A stretch of DNA of 55,912 nucleotides, from positions 798,681 through 854,592 of the forward strand of contig OZ199838.1 in assembly GCA_964304625.1 (NCBI GenBank), written 5' to 3'. Every line of letters begins with the position of its first letter. Position 1 is the stretch's first letter. Positions 43,560 to 55,912 of this stretch are shown piece after piece. A program made the translations under genes and the position numbers. The stretch comes from Kudoa neothunni. Taxonomy: Eukaryota; Animalia; Cnidaria. Below the pieces are notes generated by a model. It was not told where the DNA came from and ran no database searches. It was given only the letters and a program-made list of their open reading frames with translations.

Positions 43560-45000
43560 GGTTGTCCAAGATTATCTTTTAAGGATTAGTAATACGAAAA
43601 TTGTGCGCAAACAATTCTAAATACGTCGTCACATCAAACATTTATTTAAGATTTGATCCAAAACTATTAATTGAAGTATGCCACCAATTTTTTATCAAAA
43701 CCCCATCAAGGTTCGACCTTAAACACATTAATCAATATTCCCGATCTCCCTCGACAACAAACAACCCGTCAAATAATATTGAATTGCCAAAGGGTGATTT
43801 CGGACACCCGATAAAATTGTATTACTTTAATTTTTCAAATTCAATCAAACTTGAATTGTTTATTAGGTCGTAGCAGAGTGTGATAATACTGCAAATATTG
43901 GTGCAATCATTGAGATTGTTATTGTATTGGATTTGTTCAACGTAATCAGCAACGTGACACATTGATTTTCTCAATGTGTAAATCATCATCAACTATACGA
44001 AAAAATGGATAACCATTCTGTAATATGGTAGCCTCGGAGATACCATCTTATAGAGATCATTATGGCGTAGATTACGATGGTAGATAGCACACAATTTTAC
44101 ACCTTTTTCATAGTGACTTGAAAGTCGGCTCATGAATCGACCCCTAAGCTTATGAATTTTATTGATAAGTGTGGTGACTTTGTTGATGTAATCATGAGAG
44201 AATTTGATGTAATCGACTATTTGGTGGTAATTAAACTGAACCACCCTTTCGATTTCAATATCAATGCATTCGATCGATGTGGTAAGCTGAATATCACGAG
44301 CATTCCATTGAAAACAATTAAAAATTAAAACCAACATTAGTACTACCATTGAAATGTCAGAATATTCCCTCCAAAACTTGGCATTTGCAACGGGATTTTT
44401 TTCATCCGAAAAAAACTATAGATAAAGTCGGATATTTGAAATTACCCAGCAAACTATTTGAATTTGATCACCTCGATAAGGGGGTCTTTTTTAAATAAAA
44501 ATTTTTTCACTATGACAACTGATTATATTCAAGACATACAAACTGTATGAATACTTTTGTCAAAGTGATTGATATTGGCCTTGTCTAGTTGATTATTATC
44601 AAACAAGCCATTTCCAATTGGGAGCAATTCATTATTATTCTGCTAGATTTTACATGTATATATGGCATAATAGAATCATTAATTTAATGGTTTACATGAT
44701 CTAAATGAGGTTGATTTCTGGTGTAATATTCGTATGTTTCGATTGATCTTGTAAACTTTTGCTTAATTTCAGGTGGGATCTTAAAGCTCTCCAAAATTAA
44801 TCCACTCCCTACGACTTTATAATGGTTCTCCTCGACCAAATTCTCTAAACATCCAGATGGAGAGGTGGTTATTGGCCGACAATCCTCAATAAATGAATTC
44901 AATATTTGAACACGAAATCCCATGTTCGAATCTGTACAATAAGTTACATCAACACAGATACAATGTTCATTTCCGTCCATCGACGAAATATTCATTCGGA
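43560..45000 (-). pseudogene. Unknown coding-like region with in-frame stops
   Basis: ORFs 44684-44995 and 43993-44349, plus a downstream continuation broken by several stops. Raised GC; no recognised motif. Confidence 0.4.
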
Positions 45001-45848
45001 ATCCGATATGAAGTTTTGCGTCGCTTTCTCATCGTTGTGTACATGACCTAGCTTATCTTTTCTAATCTGATATGTACTGAATGTTACACCATCTACTAGC
45101 AAACCTCGTTAAATTATTTTATAAGCATATAAAATAGAATAGGATCTCTCGTTAATTTTTTTGGAGATTATTGTTTGCCATTAATCCCATATATTATTTG
45201 GATTATGAGATAAATAAACAACTCAGTGGATTTGATCGTGGTGTTATGATGTGTGTGCTCCACAAATCACAACATTAAGCATATGTTTTTCTCGCTAATT
45301 ACCGAGTTGTTAAATTATTTCGATATTATAGGTAAAAAAGCATGGTCTGTCAAATACATTTAGTCCATCAATAAAATTCGACTCTAGATTTAGATTAATT
45401 TGATTTAGATTAATTTACACTCATTTGGTGTTATATTTTGTATTTATGGTGGAATCTTAATATTTAAAATTGTAATTTATTTATTTTGTAAAAATGTATA
45501 TTTATTTACAAAGCTACAAAGCTTCGTGTGAGGCAATTGTTCGTGCATACCAAGTAAATTTGGTTGTTAATTATTGTTTTAAAAATTTATTTATATAGTT
45601 AAAACTAATTAAATAAATATCTTGCATAACATGACGTAGGATTTTGTTTTGCCTAACCATTATGCTAATGTTTTGTTTGACCATCTCAACAACGCTGCTG
45701 ATACTATATGTCATTGTGCTTCTATTATTTATTTTGCAATAATTTATTCTCAAAAAAATGATTATTAAAATGTATTTTTCAAAACAATGTTGGAGTTAGC
45801 GCATGCTCATGACGTCATGATGTCATGACGTTATGACGTGATGATAGA

Positions 45849-46650
45849 CAGGGTGAGCAGTAACAGTGCCCACCCTGAGAGTACAAAACAACAACAAAAA
45901 TTTTACCTAATAATAATAATAATAATAATCTTAATTTATTATTGATACATTAATTTATTTTATTTTTCTGTATCAAATAGTAATGTTTGGTAATTTTTTG
46001 AAAGCATAAGCACAAACTAACGCTGTCTCCAAGCCGCCATATTAATTCTACAGGCACCTCCTAAACTATCACGTGCCGCGTGCTTACTTACACACGACGT
46101 TTTATGTTTTATCGTTGTATTGGTCTCTGGAAGCAGAATCTTTACTGCCTCTCGAATCTCGAATAATTTTGGCTCAATATTAAAAATTAAAATTTTGAGA
46201 CACTTTTTTTACAACTGTTATTCGATTTTTTTATTTTCAAGTCATTAAATTTTTATCTTTTATTTATAGAAACATTAAACATAACATTTTACGGAGTAAA
46301 CCATTTTTTAATGATTAAACTCTAGTCGTTAATCCCTGATTTGTTTACTTTGAATGTAGTCGTAGGAAACATGAATTATAGTGGAAATTTTTAAGCATTT
46401 TCAAAACTTTCTTATGAAGAAAAAATTGAATTTATTACTGATGGTAAACCAATCCCAGACCAGAGCTGCTACATTTACAACAAAAGATAGATTAAATTAC
46501 CAGAACATTCCAAACTATCTGGTACGATAAAAAGAATGTTTAGGTGGTTTTTTTTACAAAAAATCGACTTTTTTGTTTTCCATGTATGCTTTTGTCAGCA
46601 TCCCGTGAAAGTGATTGGGCGAAATAAGAGTATTGTGACCTAAAAAATTT
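45849..46650 (+). mobile_element. hAT (ZMYM1-like, TTF zinc finger) transposase 5' relic
   Basis: FSKLSYEEKIEFITDGKPIPD, RTFQTIWYDKK and FCFPCMLL..W at 46395-46650; upstream hairpin cagggtgagca-n7-tgcccaccctg. Confidence 0.65.
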
Positions 46651-48500
46651 TTGGTAAATTAGGTAGACTAATATAATACTGGGGTAAAATCATTGAGTAC
46701 TTCCCCTAACGAATATCCACGCCATGATCCTGAGTTAAGGATCCGAGTTTTCGAAGCTTATTTTTATTGAATTGGACGACTAAAATAAAAAAGATTTATA
46801 AAAAAAATCCTCATAAATAACTTATTTTACGAAATACCGATAGCGGAAACAAATAGTGTGAATAATAACAGAAACCAAATATTTTTCAATTTTGCCTTTT
46901 TTTCTCCAAAACACCAACTGAGAGAAGTATCTTGAAATGTTTTTTTAACTAAGTATGTTTCATTGACTTTAATTCCTTGTGAACTCTATTTTTTGTAAAG
47001 ATAATTTTACTTTGCAATATTTACAGGTTTATTCATGTTTCATCTTCTCCATGTTGATTCACTCAACAAGAAAACTATAGATTTCTTTCTGGTTACTACC
47101 CGTTTTAAATTTTTCGGAATATTTCGAACTTACCTGTTAAATAAACGGAAAAAATTTTTTTAAATTCCACGACTAATATCGACTAAAATAGATTATTTAG
47201 AAACTGCGATCCCTAATTATAATGTTAATGCTAAATATGATATTTCTCTCTTATCTTATATTAATTTTGGCATCACAATAAATATTAGAATGTCTGGACA
47301 AAAATTAGCTAAAAATCTTAAAGTTCCACCATACAGCATTTCAAAATCAAAATGCAACCAATCCTTTAAAATGAAATAATTTTTTAACGTCTTTCAAATT
47401 AAAAATAAACCCTGGCTATTGCAACTGATGGTAATATCTGCTAAAATAACACTCTTAACAAATTTTTAATTTTATAAAAACATATGACAATAAATGAACT
47501 ATTAGTAAATAAACTTTCGAAATAAAATAAATCAGATAACTTTTTACATCTAAATTGGCCAAATACTTATGAATTAAATAGTAATTTTCCTAAAGAATAT
47601 GAATATATATATATATATATATATATTCATTTTCAAATAAAATGATTGCAACTAGTGCCAATTTTATAAGAAAATACAAGGAACATTGAACTCACCTATT
47701 TTTTTTATAAAAGTTGATATAACTGTTTTTAAGATCAAATAATTATTATTTTTAACTTATCGTTCTAAAAATGAAAAGTAAATTTATATTTAATTGATGT
47801 ATTATTAGGATATATATTTCGTAGAGTATTTCATTGTTTGTATACTTTATACGAATTGAAAAAGCTCAGCTTCGCTTTATAACTAATCTAATAATCTAAT
47901 GACTGTTAAATTAGAACCATTAGGCCGCCCTACTGATTCTATTTTAGAGAGAAATTTAAAACGATGACTGCATACTTGATCAATTCTGTTGTTAAAAAGT
48001 CAACGGATGTATTTTCTTTTTAATATTAATTCAACAAGAGTTCATTTATTGTTATATGTATTTATGAAATTAAAATTTTAATGTAAGCGTTATTTTGGTC
48101 GATATTCCGATACGTGGCAATAGCAACTGCCTTAAAAATACATAATTTTATATTAAAAAGCAATTTTTACACGAACTCAAAAATACCTCGAGTAAAAACA
48201 CACCCTTACCGAATCAAAATTGAACTAACTCACATAAACAGGAATATGTGACATTTAACTTAAGAATGTGAAATAGAGCTATTCTGTTAGCAGAAATAAT
48301 TATTTGGTATCTTATGAAATGGCTCAGAAATATACAAATGAATAAATTGTGGAGTGCATGGATGTTCAAAAATCATTCATTAAAATTTCAGTAGATGATG
48401 ATAGCACAAGAAATTTTGCGAAAATTGTCTATAAAATACTTTTCCTATCCTATTACGATATTACCCCTTTTTTTCAAATACAAATGAGAGATCCTTCAAT

Positions 48501-48551
48501 CAGTAGATATAAGTAAGTAGATATAAGTAAGTAGATATAAGTAAGTAGATA

Positions 48552-48585
<34 letters not shown>

Positions 48586-48600
48586 GATATAAGTAGATAT
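48501..48600. repeat. Compound minisatellite of agtagatataagta and (aagt)n units
   Basis: 18-bp aagtaagtagatataagt-type units interleaved with an (aagt)n run. Confidence 0.9.
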
Positions 48601-48925
48601 GTGTTGTAAAAAATAAGAATCCTTCCGACAATAAGAATTATTTAATGCCACTATGGAAGGACCAACTAAAATCACACCTAAACAATGTCAAACTATTCAA
48701 ACTCATAGTTTAATCGTTGTTAAACTCAGAAAATATTGATTGATAACTGGAAATATGTCTCATTTTAAGAGAGTTGCATTTTGATCTTGAAATACTGTAA
48801 GTGAAGCTTAGATATTCGCGCCAATTTATAATAAATCTCACAACCAAGAAAATATAATTATTGGTGAGAGTTTATAATAAAAAAAATCAATAAAATAATA
48901 TACAATAGGAGGATTAAAAATAAAA

Positions 48926-50133
48926 TTATTTTTTTTGAATATGAAAAGGATTATTTTCAAATTTTGTCATTGGCTTTCCACCAATTCCACATGTTCCCAC
49001 ACCAACCTATAAAAATTTATAATAGAGAGTATGTAATTAAAACCTACTTTCCCATTCAACGAATCAGGCGTTGAAAAGATGCTTTTCTTTGATAAACCTT
49101 TCATATTAGACTTCCCCACACTGTTGGCACGGAAGTTCATCCAACTTTGTTTTATTCGTTCTTGGCTATCCTCCTGCATCTGGAATAAATTGTAATGGTA
49201 AAATTTCATTGTAGATCCCCAATCAATAGAGTTAATAACCTTCAATCGAGCCTGTTTCTTTTGCAATTTTTTTCGCTTTGTTTCCTTTATCTTATTCAAC
49301 TCGGCTCTTTAAAATAAACAATCGACAAAACAACTCATCAAAAACACCAATCACTTGGTAATTCGTTTCACACTTCCGTCTGTGCTTTTAGTAGCTGACA
49401 TTGAAGGACGAACAATCTTGCCCAACTAAATTTCACCCAAAAAATACATAAAGAATTCTGCGGAAAAATTTCTCATACGCCAACTATTTCATTGTGGTCA
49501 ATCGATTCGAAATACACTGAGCATTTAGAGGTTCTTATATCTATGGAAACTATATTTCCTTCTCTTAAACTACAAATACAAATACAATTACAAATACAAT
49601 TACGATTGGTTGGTTAATTATAAATAGCAATAACGACATTAGACATCAGAATAAGGAAAAAACGAATCTATTACCAGCCGTCGCGAGCCAAAGGTGCCAA
49701 ACACTTTTCACCAACTTTCCATGTTTTGTTTGAAGTTGACGATGTGTTTACTTGTGAAGCAGCTGCGCTAATATTAGAATTCGTAGAATGACCAGTCAAT
49801 CTAAAATTATCTGTGGAAGGTTTGGACACTCCATTTCCATCCACATTCGATTCATTCTGAATACATAACTCATTATGGATAATCATATTTGGAATGGAAC
49901 ATACATTTTCCTCAATACCACCCAAAAGTTGTGACGTCAGTGAAATCACAGAATCTAGGTCACTTTTAAGCTGGATCAGCTCCTCATTGGAAGGGTCTAA
50001 TGATAGAGCCGCTTCAACCTATACAAATGTATTGATTGTTGATATTGAACTAATAAATTTTCTCTATTCAATTCAATACTTGTCTAAGTTGAATTTTGTA
50101 GCTGGAAAGATCAGCGTTGAAATCATCGTTCAT
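48926..50133 (-). CDS. SMNDC1: Survival of motor neuron-related splicing factor 30 (SPF30), 6 exons
   Basis: MNDDFNADLSSYKIQLRQ|VEAALSLDPSNEELIQLKSDLDSVISLT; Tudor WKVGEKCLA; KSIFSTPDSLNGK|VGVGTCGIGGKPMT. These are hallmark SPF30 motifs. Confidence 0.93.
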
Positions 50134-51592
50134 TTTACTGATACTTGCGCCTGCGCGAAATGTTCAATCTAATAAATTACATTGTTGGACTCATTATCCA
50201 ACCTTCTAACTCAGAGATCATCAAAGTTTTTAACTGACGGGCGAAATTTCCGATTGTCGCAAGATTCGAGAACAGGATTAAAAAATATGTTTCAAAACGC
50301 AATTATAGAGATGAAACGAAAAAAATAATGAATTTCTATTGGAATGCGAATGTGAATGTGAATGTGATATATAGAAGTGATGCTGATCACAACGGTAGAA
50401 TTTAGTATATTTAAGATTTGAGGCTCAGAATGGGATTATGAATTAACCGTTGTCTACTGTATAATTTAAACAAAATCGCGAACTTAGTTATATTTATAGG
50501 TGGAATTTAGAATTGCAATTTTTCCAATTATAAAATACATAGTTTATTTATTTTGTCATATTCAAATTGTGGAGATGCTAGTGTAAGGTGTTCATTTGAC
50601 GAGGAGTTTTAAATTTTTTTTATATTATTTCTTTGTTTATCCTAATTTGGAAATTAGAACATAATTTTGTAGAATACCATGTATTAGGGATTTTTGACAT
50701 CGGGCGTGAAAAAATTTAGGAGAGTAGGGAAATTTTTGGTGATTGATACGCCACGGATAATAATAAACTAATTGGGCAGCCTGGCGTACTTTGAAGACAT
50801 TATCGCGATTTTCGATAACGCATACTTATAAAGGACAATTAATATCATAGAAACTTCAAAAAGCAATGACTAATTATACGGAAATTAGTAATAAAATATT
50901 AAGTAGTCTTCACCCGAACAGAATAAAAATCAAGATGATTTGATCTCAATCTTGTCTCTTTTATAATAATATATCCCTTTTATGATGTTTTGATGTGATT
51001 TGATTTATTCTAATATAATGTCGATTAATTTACAATATTGTCTATTTATTTTAAGATTATTGGTCACTTATACACGAATCTTCCCTGATAAAGAGTGTTA
51101 TAAGCCTGGTTTCAATTGATGCTGTTTTTGACGGAATGATGAACTAAATATGTTAATTTTTAGGGACCATCGATAAATTAACTTAGATCTTGTCGAACAT
51201 ATTTTTATTTTTTTAGAAATGAAGTATATATTAATTTGTTTCAAATTTTAACCTATTAAGGAGCTTTATTCAACGTTATGAACAGTTTAAGTTAAGAAAT
51301 TAATTATTTTGAAAAAGGTGAGCGATAGAAAACAGATTTAATAAAACTGCTCTTTATATCTGTATATGATGCTGGAAAATATCTAATGAACGGTGAACAT
51401 TATCATATCATTTTAAATTCCTAATATCAAATCAATTAAACTCAAACCGATTAAAAATTAGAGCTAATCAATTTAATTTATAAGTTTAAATAATTAATAA
51501 TTTAAAACTAGTAGAATCATAGGAATAAAATAAAGCTTGAAACATGTATCATATCGATTCGTGTGTATTACATGCAGAATCTTGCTATATTA

Positions 51593-53210
51593 CAGGGGTG
51601 GCAACATTTGCCTAGAAAGGGAGCCATCTTTAAGGGTGTCCAAATTTTAAAGAGCCGCGAGGCGTTAAAATAATTTCTATGTATCTCTTCCTTATTTAAA
51701 CTTACACTTTTGGAAATTTTTCACATCTTAGTGTATAATGTTGATGAATTATAAACAATGATTTTTAAATTATTTTCTTATTCAATTAATCATTGGAAAA
51801 CTTACATATAATTTTTACAGGTATAATTCGTGATAGTTTTTCGAGAAAAGTATATTAGTAGTTAATAATCCAAAAAATACTCTCTCTGTGAAAAAGGCCG
51901 CAAAAATAATAAATTATTTTTCATATTTAATCGTAAATGTTAGTGTAACAAAAAATAAAATTAAATATTTGCGAACAATGAAATAACACGATAAATCAAT
52001 GCATTCAACAATTTTTTAAATTGTTTCTAATGAAAAAAGATTTTTTGTGTTTCCATATTATCAATGAGTTGAGGGAAATCTGGTTCATATGCTGTTAAAG
52101 CCGTACGAATTAATTCCGTCAGGTGTTTGTTTGTGAGGCATCCGTGATGCTTTGATATCACAAACTTCATTGTAGAATAAACGGATTCACAACAATAAGT
52201 TATTTCAAAAATAGAAATAACTTTGATACTCATTTTTTTTAATTTTGGATATTTTATTCAAAATTCGTTTCACCAAAATTCTATTGGTGACTTGGACCTA
52301 TTAATAATCTTTAAAGCAAGATCCTCTTGAAAATCCATTAGTCCCATTTCCACAGTAGAAAAATCGGTGGCCAGCGGTTCAAGATTTTTACAATCTTCAT
52401 CAACTACATAGATCACAGATGGGTTGATGAGGAACAACACAATGAATGGTTTTCAGTTTCACCAAATCATCAAAATGATCTTTAAAAAAGTAACTCATAA
52501 GTTACTCTAATTTACAGCTATATTGTTCTAATTTCTAATTTTGTATTACATCTACATCATCGGGGAATGAATTTGGTTGTCTATTAAGATTTAGAAAACA
52601 AGTGAAGTGTCTTGATATTATGTCTCGTTGGAAAATTTGGATTTTATTCTCCAAGCTGAACTGAATATTGTTTGAGCAAAATTGGAAACCAAGTTATTCT
52701 TCTCTTGTAATGGTAAATTGACATTTTGAAGATGGTTCATTAAGTCAGTAAAAAACATCATGTCATATAGCCATTGATTATTTTCAAGTTGAGGGTATGA
52801 TTTGTTCTTTTCATTAAGGAATAAACTAATTAGTTTCTATAAGCTCGACAAACCTATTCTAAACATTGCTGGTTGGCAGCTATCTCATAATACAGTAGAA
52901 TGGAACATCGTTAGGTTTACCATCAATCTCAAGTTCTTCAATAAAATTTCTGAACTGTCGATGAGTTTTACCATTTAATCGTATATAATTGACAATTTCG
53001 AGTACTAACACTTCATTACATCTTCATATTTGCAGTATTTTGCGACGAATAATGCAATATACGGGGATAAGTTTTCAAAACCTTGTATCATTTTTCATGA
53101 GTGCAATTAAGCCTACATTCTTACCTACTATTTCAGGGGCTCCATCTGTCAATATGCTAACGAGATTACATAAATGTACGCCAGCTTTAATATTAAATTG
53201 TGTTATATAA
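51593..53210 (-). mobile_element. hAT (Buster/Charlie, GTF2IRD2-like) transposon, 5'-truncated
   Basis: TIR-like caggggtggcaac at 51593; LVSILTDGAPEIVGKNVG; GKTHRQFRNFIEEL; WLYDMMFFTDLMNHL; TYCCESVYSTMKFVISKH..LTNKHL..YEPDF (hAT dimerisation domain). Confidence 0.88.
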
Positions 53211-53299
53211 ACGACACGAAAGAATAAGGTATTTATATTGTGCATAAAAATCAAAATTTTTCGAAGCTTTTCTATAAGAAAATTAAATAAACTTTGACA

Positions 53300-53972
53300 G
53301 AAAGATAAACATCCCGTAGAGCTGATTATGAACACACATTAAGGACAATTTAAACTGCATTTCGCGTAAGCACATACAACCATTTTGCTCACCCTAATTA
53401 TATCTCACATTTAATTAAGCTTATTTTTATTTTATCGCCAAGCTAAACGACTGAAATTCGACAAAATGTTTATGACCAAAATAGAAAATTTAATAGCGCC
53501 CACACAGAAAAATATTGTTCTATTCAACAGGGGACAAACATAATTTGTTTGTTGTCATTCGTTATTCAATTTGAAACACTTAGTAAACTTATTATTTATG
53601 AATATTTTGAATATTGCGTTCCAAAATTTGTAAATTTATCCAAAATGTCAGTTATAACTTTAATTCTAAATTTTCTGTTCTCTGGATGTTTTCGAAGGTT
53701 AAAATTGGGCGAAAGATTCCAAAAGTTTGTGTTTGAACACCAACGACATAAACGAAATCGGTTTTGTAATATCACAGCAAATAGAAGATATTCTTTGCCA
53801 TAAGAATAGCCGGTTTATAATTATAAACGATTTATATGGATCTGTAAAAATAATCTGTGTATCCATTTTTTTGATAATAATAAGGATAAAAACGATCGAA
53901 AAATTGAGTGCAACTGCAAAAATGTTCAGCCGAATTGAAACTTTTGATATACATAAACCACGAGTTATTTAA
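53300..53972 (+). other. Possible spliced gene fragment of unknown function
   Basis: Short coding-like blocks with GT..AG gaps (gtaag at 53367; YEYFEYCVPKFVN; CLNTNDINEIGFVISQQIEDIL). Confidence 0.25.
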
Positions 53973-54120
53973 CATAAAGATCAACGTACAATATATTAGT
54001 CAATAATCCATCCCGTTTAATTTAGTTTAGCTTAGTTTTGAGACTAATGCTGCAGATAAAAACGAAAACGTAACATGCAATCTATGTTATAGTTGATAGA
54101 GTTACTAATTACGTATCTAA

Positions 54121-54546
54121 TCAATCGAACATCGAACCAAGACCAATATCAGAAGATTCTTCCTCAGGCTCAGCTTCCTTCTTAGATGCTAAAGTATGCG
54201 TTAAATGTGCCAGTAAAATCATATCTCACCCTTTCCACCAGTAGCGGAGGTGTCTACGACGGCAGCTGCTGATGGTGCGGCCGATGCAGCTGGAGCACTG
54301 GACACATTGGTGAGAAGGGCATTGATATCCAATCCTTTGATTCCCTCACAGAAGAATTTAGGCCAGAATGATTCACACTCATAACCTGCAGATGTAAGAA
54401 TGCTTCTCACGGCATCAGGCTACACAAACACAAATTCAGAAAAATTCCACACCAACCTAAACTACTGTAACTTCTAATCCATCATCCGTTAGAATTAGAG
54501 CGCTATAAACACAAGCCAATTCGGTTTGAGCAACACTGGAAGACAT
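54121..54546 (-). CDS. RPLP1: 60S acidic ribosomal protein P1, 3 exons
   Basis: MSSSVAQTELACVYSALILTDDGLEVT|PDAVRSILTSAGYECESFWPKFF..Ala-rich hinge..|ASKKEAEPEEESSDIGLGSMFD*. Confidence 0.95.
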
Positions 54547-55912
54547 AACGACAATTACAGAGGCAAGATTCGTTGGCACGTGCTCGTTGTAATTCGGCTC
54601 AACTCGCGAACCTTTTAAATTAGGTTTTTCGGCGATAGAAAACAAGTCATTTACACATAGATTGTATCAATATTTTTATATAAGTTGTCTTAATGTATTT
54701 TAGATAGTTTGTTGATGACTAAACGATCATTTTAGTAGTCTTGATGATGTAATAACCAGCGCATGCGATTTTAAGTATTTTCCCATCCGGGTTCCTGATA
54801 GAAAAATCCTTCTAAACAAAACTTGGAATCACTTAATCTGTGATAACTTTTGTTGTTATTTTTTTTTCTTCTGCAGGAGATATTTTAATGAATGCTGCTT
54901 TACACTACACGAGAGCATTATCCACGCTGTTATTATTGTTTCATTTACGAAAAACTTTTATTTTTAATAATCACATGAATAATTTACTTTTTTTTTAAAC
55001 TCATGATTTAATAATTTTTTCTTTAGGATTATTAAATAGGGTTATACTCTAAATTTGTTAATATTATCAATATATCAATGGGTGATAATATTTTTCAAGT
55101 AGCTATTGTCGATAAATTAATAATTTATAAACTAAATAATATTATTAATAATTTTTAAGTGTAAGTAAACGGAATTATACGAATATTTGATGCTAATAAA
55201 CGAAGTTTAAATAATTCTAAGATTAAACCTGATTCTTGATTCGGAATGTAACGTTAATATATTTAATTTAAAGTTGGTGTATGAAATATGATTTTATTAG
55301 TGTAATCTATCAATTTTCGTTTGAATTTATAAAATTCAAAGATGTCTTTTTCAAATGCAATTTTATAGTACAATTAATACTTTATTCTAACAATTTTATT
55401 ATTACAAATTTGACAAAACGTAAAATATAATAATATTTTTGTTATTTAGAGATAATTAAATTTCAATTTGTTAATATTTTTTTTCATAGAAAACTAAACT
55501 ACATCGAGAAGAATATTTAGTTCATTTGAACGGTTTTAAGCAAATTAAATTCTTATGTTCTCTTTTTGGGTGGTAGGTTACTACTATTTTGTAGATTCAA
55601 TTTATAAGGAAAAATACAATGAAAATTGACATTTATTGATTCATAGACTTAAGAATATTCGTAATTTGGAACGAAACTATAAAATAATAATGCACTTTTA
55701 TGGCGATCTAAAAATAATTATTATATTGGAAGCAATATTATTAAAAATTAAGGGAAACTGCCCAGCGTTGCTTGGGGAAGATTTCGCATAGATACGTTTC
55801 TTAATAATATTCAAAAAATCCAATGAAATTTCTAACTAATCAGTGGATGCAAAGTAACTAAAAATATCTAGGTGAGATACTTTCAACGATTTTGACTGGC
55901 GAAATTTAAATT

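Noticed and set aside
48501-48600. CRISPR-like array
   Set aside because: Simple tandem repeat without unique spacers, in a eukaryotic context with no cas genes.
49894-50172. Plus-strand ORF over SMNDC1; likewise 21438-21662, 21723-21935 and 31934-32155
   Set aside because: Antisense shadows of minus-strand exons.

Overview
This is AT-rich eukaryotic DNA with very short (~40-70 nt) spliceosomal introns. The compact genes and divergent housekeeping proteins resemble a reduced parasitic animal genome such as a myxozoan; that is an inference. Recognisable genes are the 3' half of an ABCC/MRP transporter (1-2977, +), SMNDC1/SPF30 (48926-50133, -) and RPLP1 (54121-54546, -). The best novelty candidate is a tandem array of three divergent paralogues (4673-7682, 13615-16488, 20976-23875, all -). 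They encode ~800-aa Cys-rich type-I membrane proteins built from phase-1 exon modules, with a variable N-terminal module and a conserved C-terminal H-x3-F-x-[VA]-x-L motif. The intergenic space is full of decayed DNA transposons: several piggyBac elements (one nested in another), TTAA-flanked MITEs including an apparently identical ~1-kb inverted pair, two hAT relics, a pogo/Tigger relic and a foldback element. Two further minus-strand genes of unknown function are likely. Frameshifts even in the conserved ABCC gene suggest base-level assembly errors, so pseudogene calls are tentative. All alignments were done by eye.
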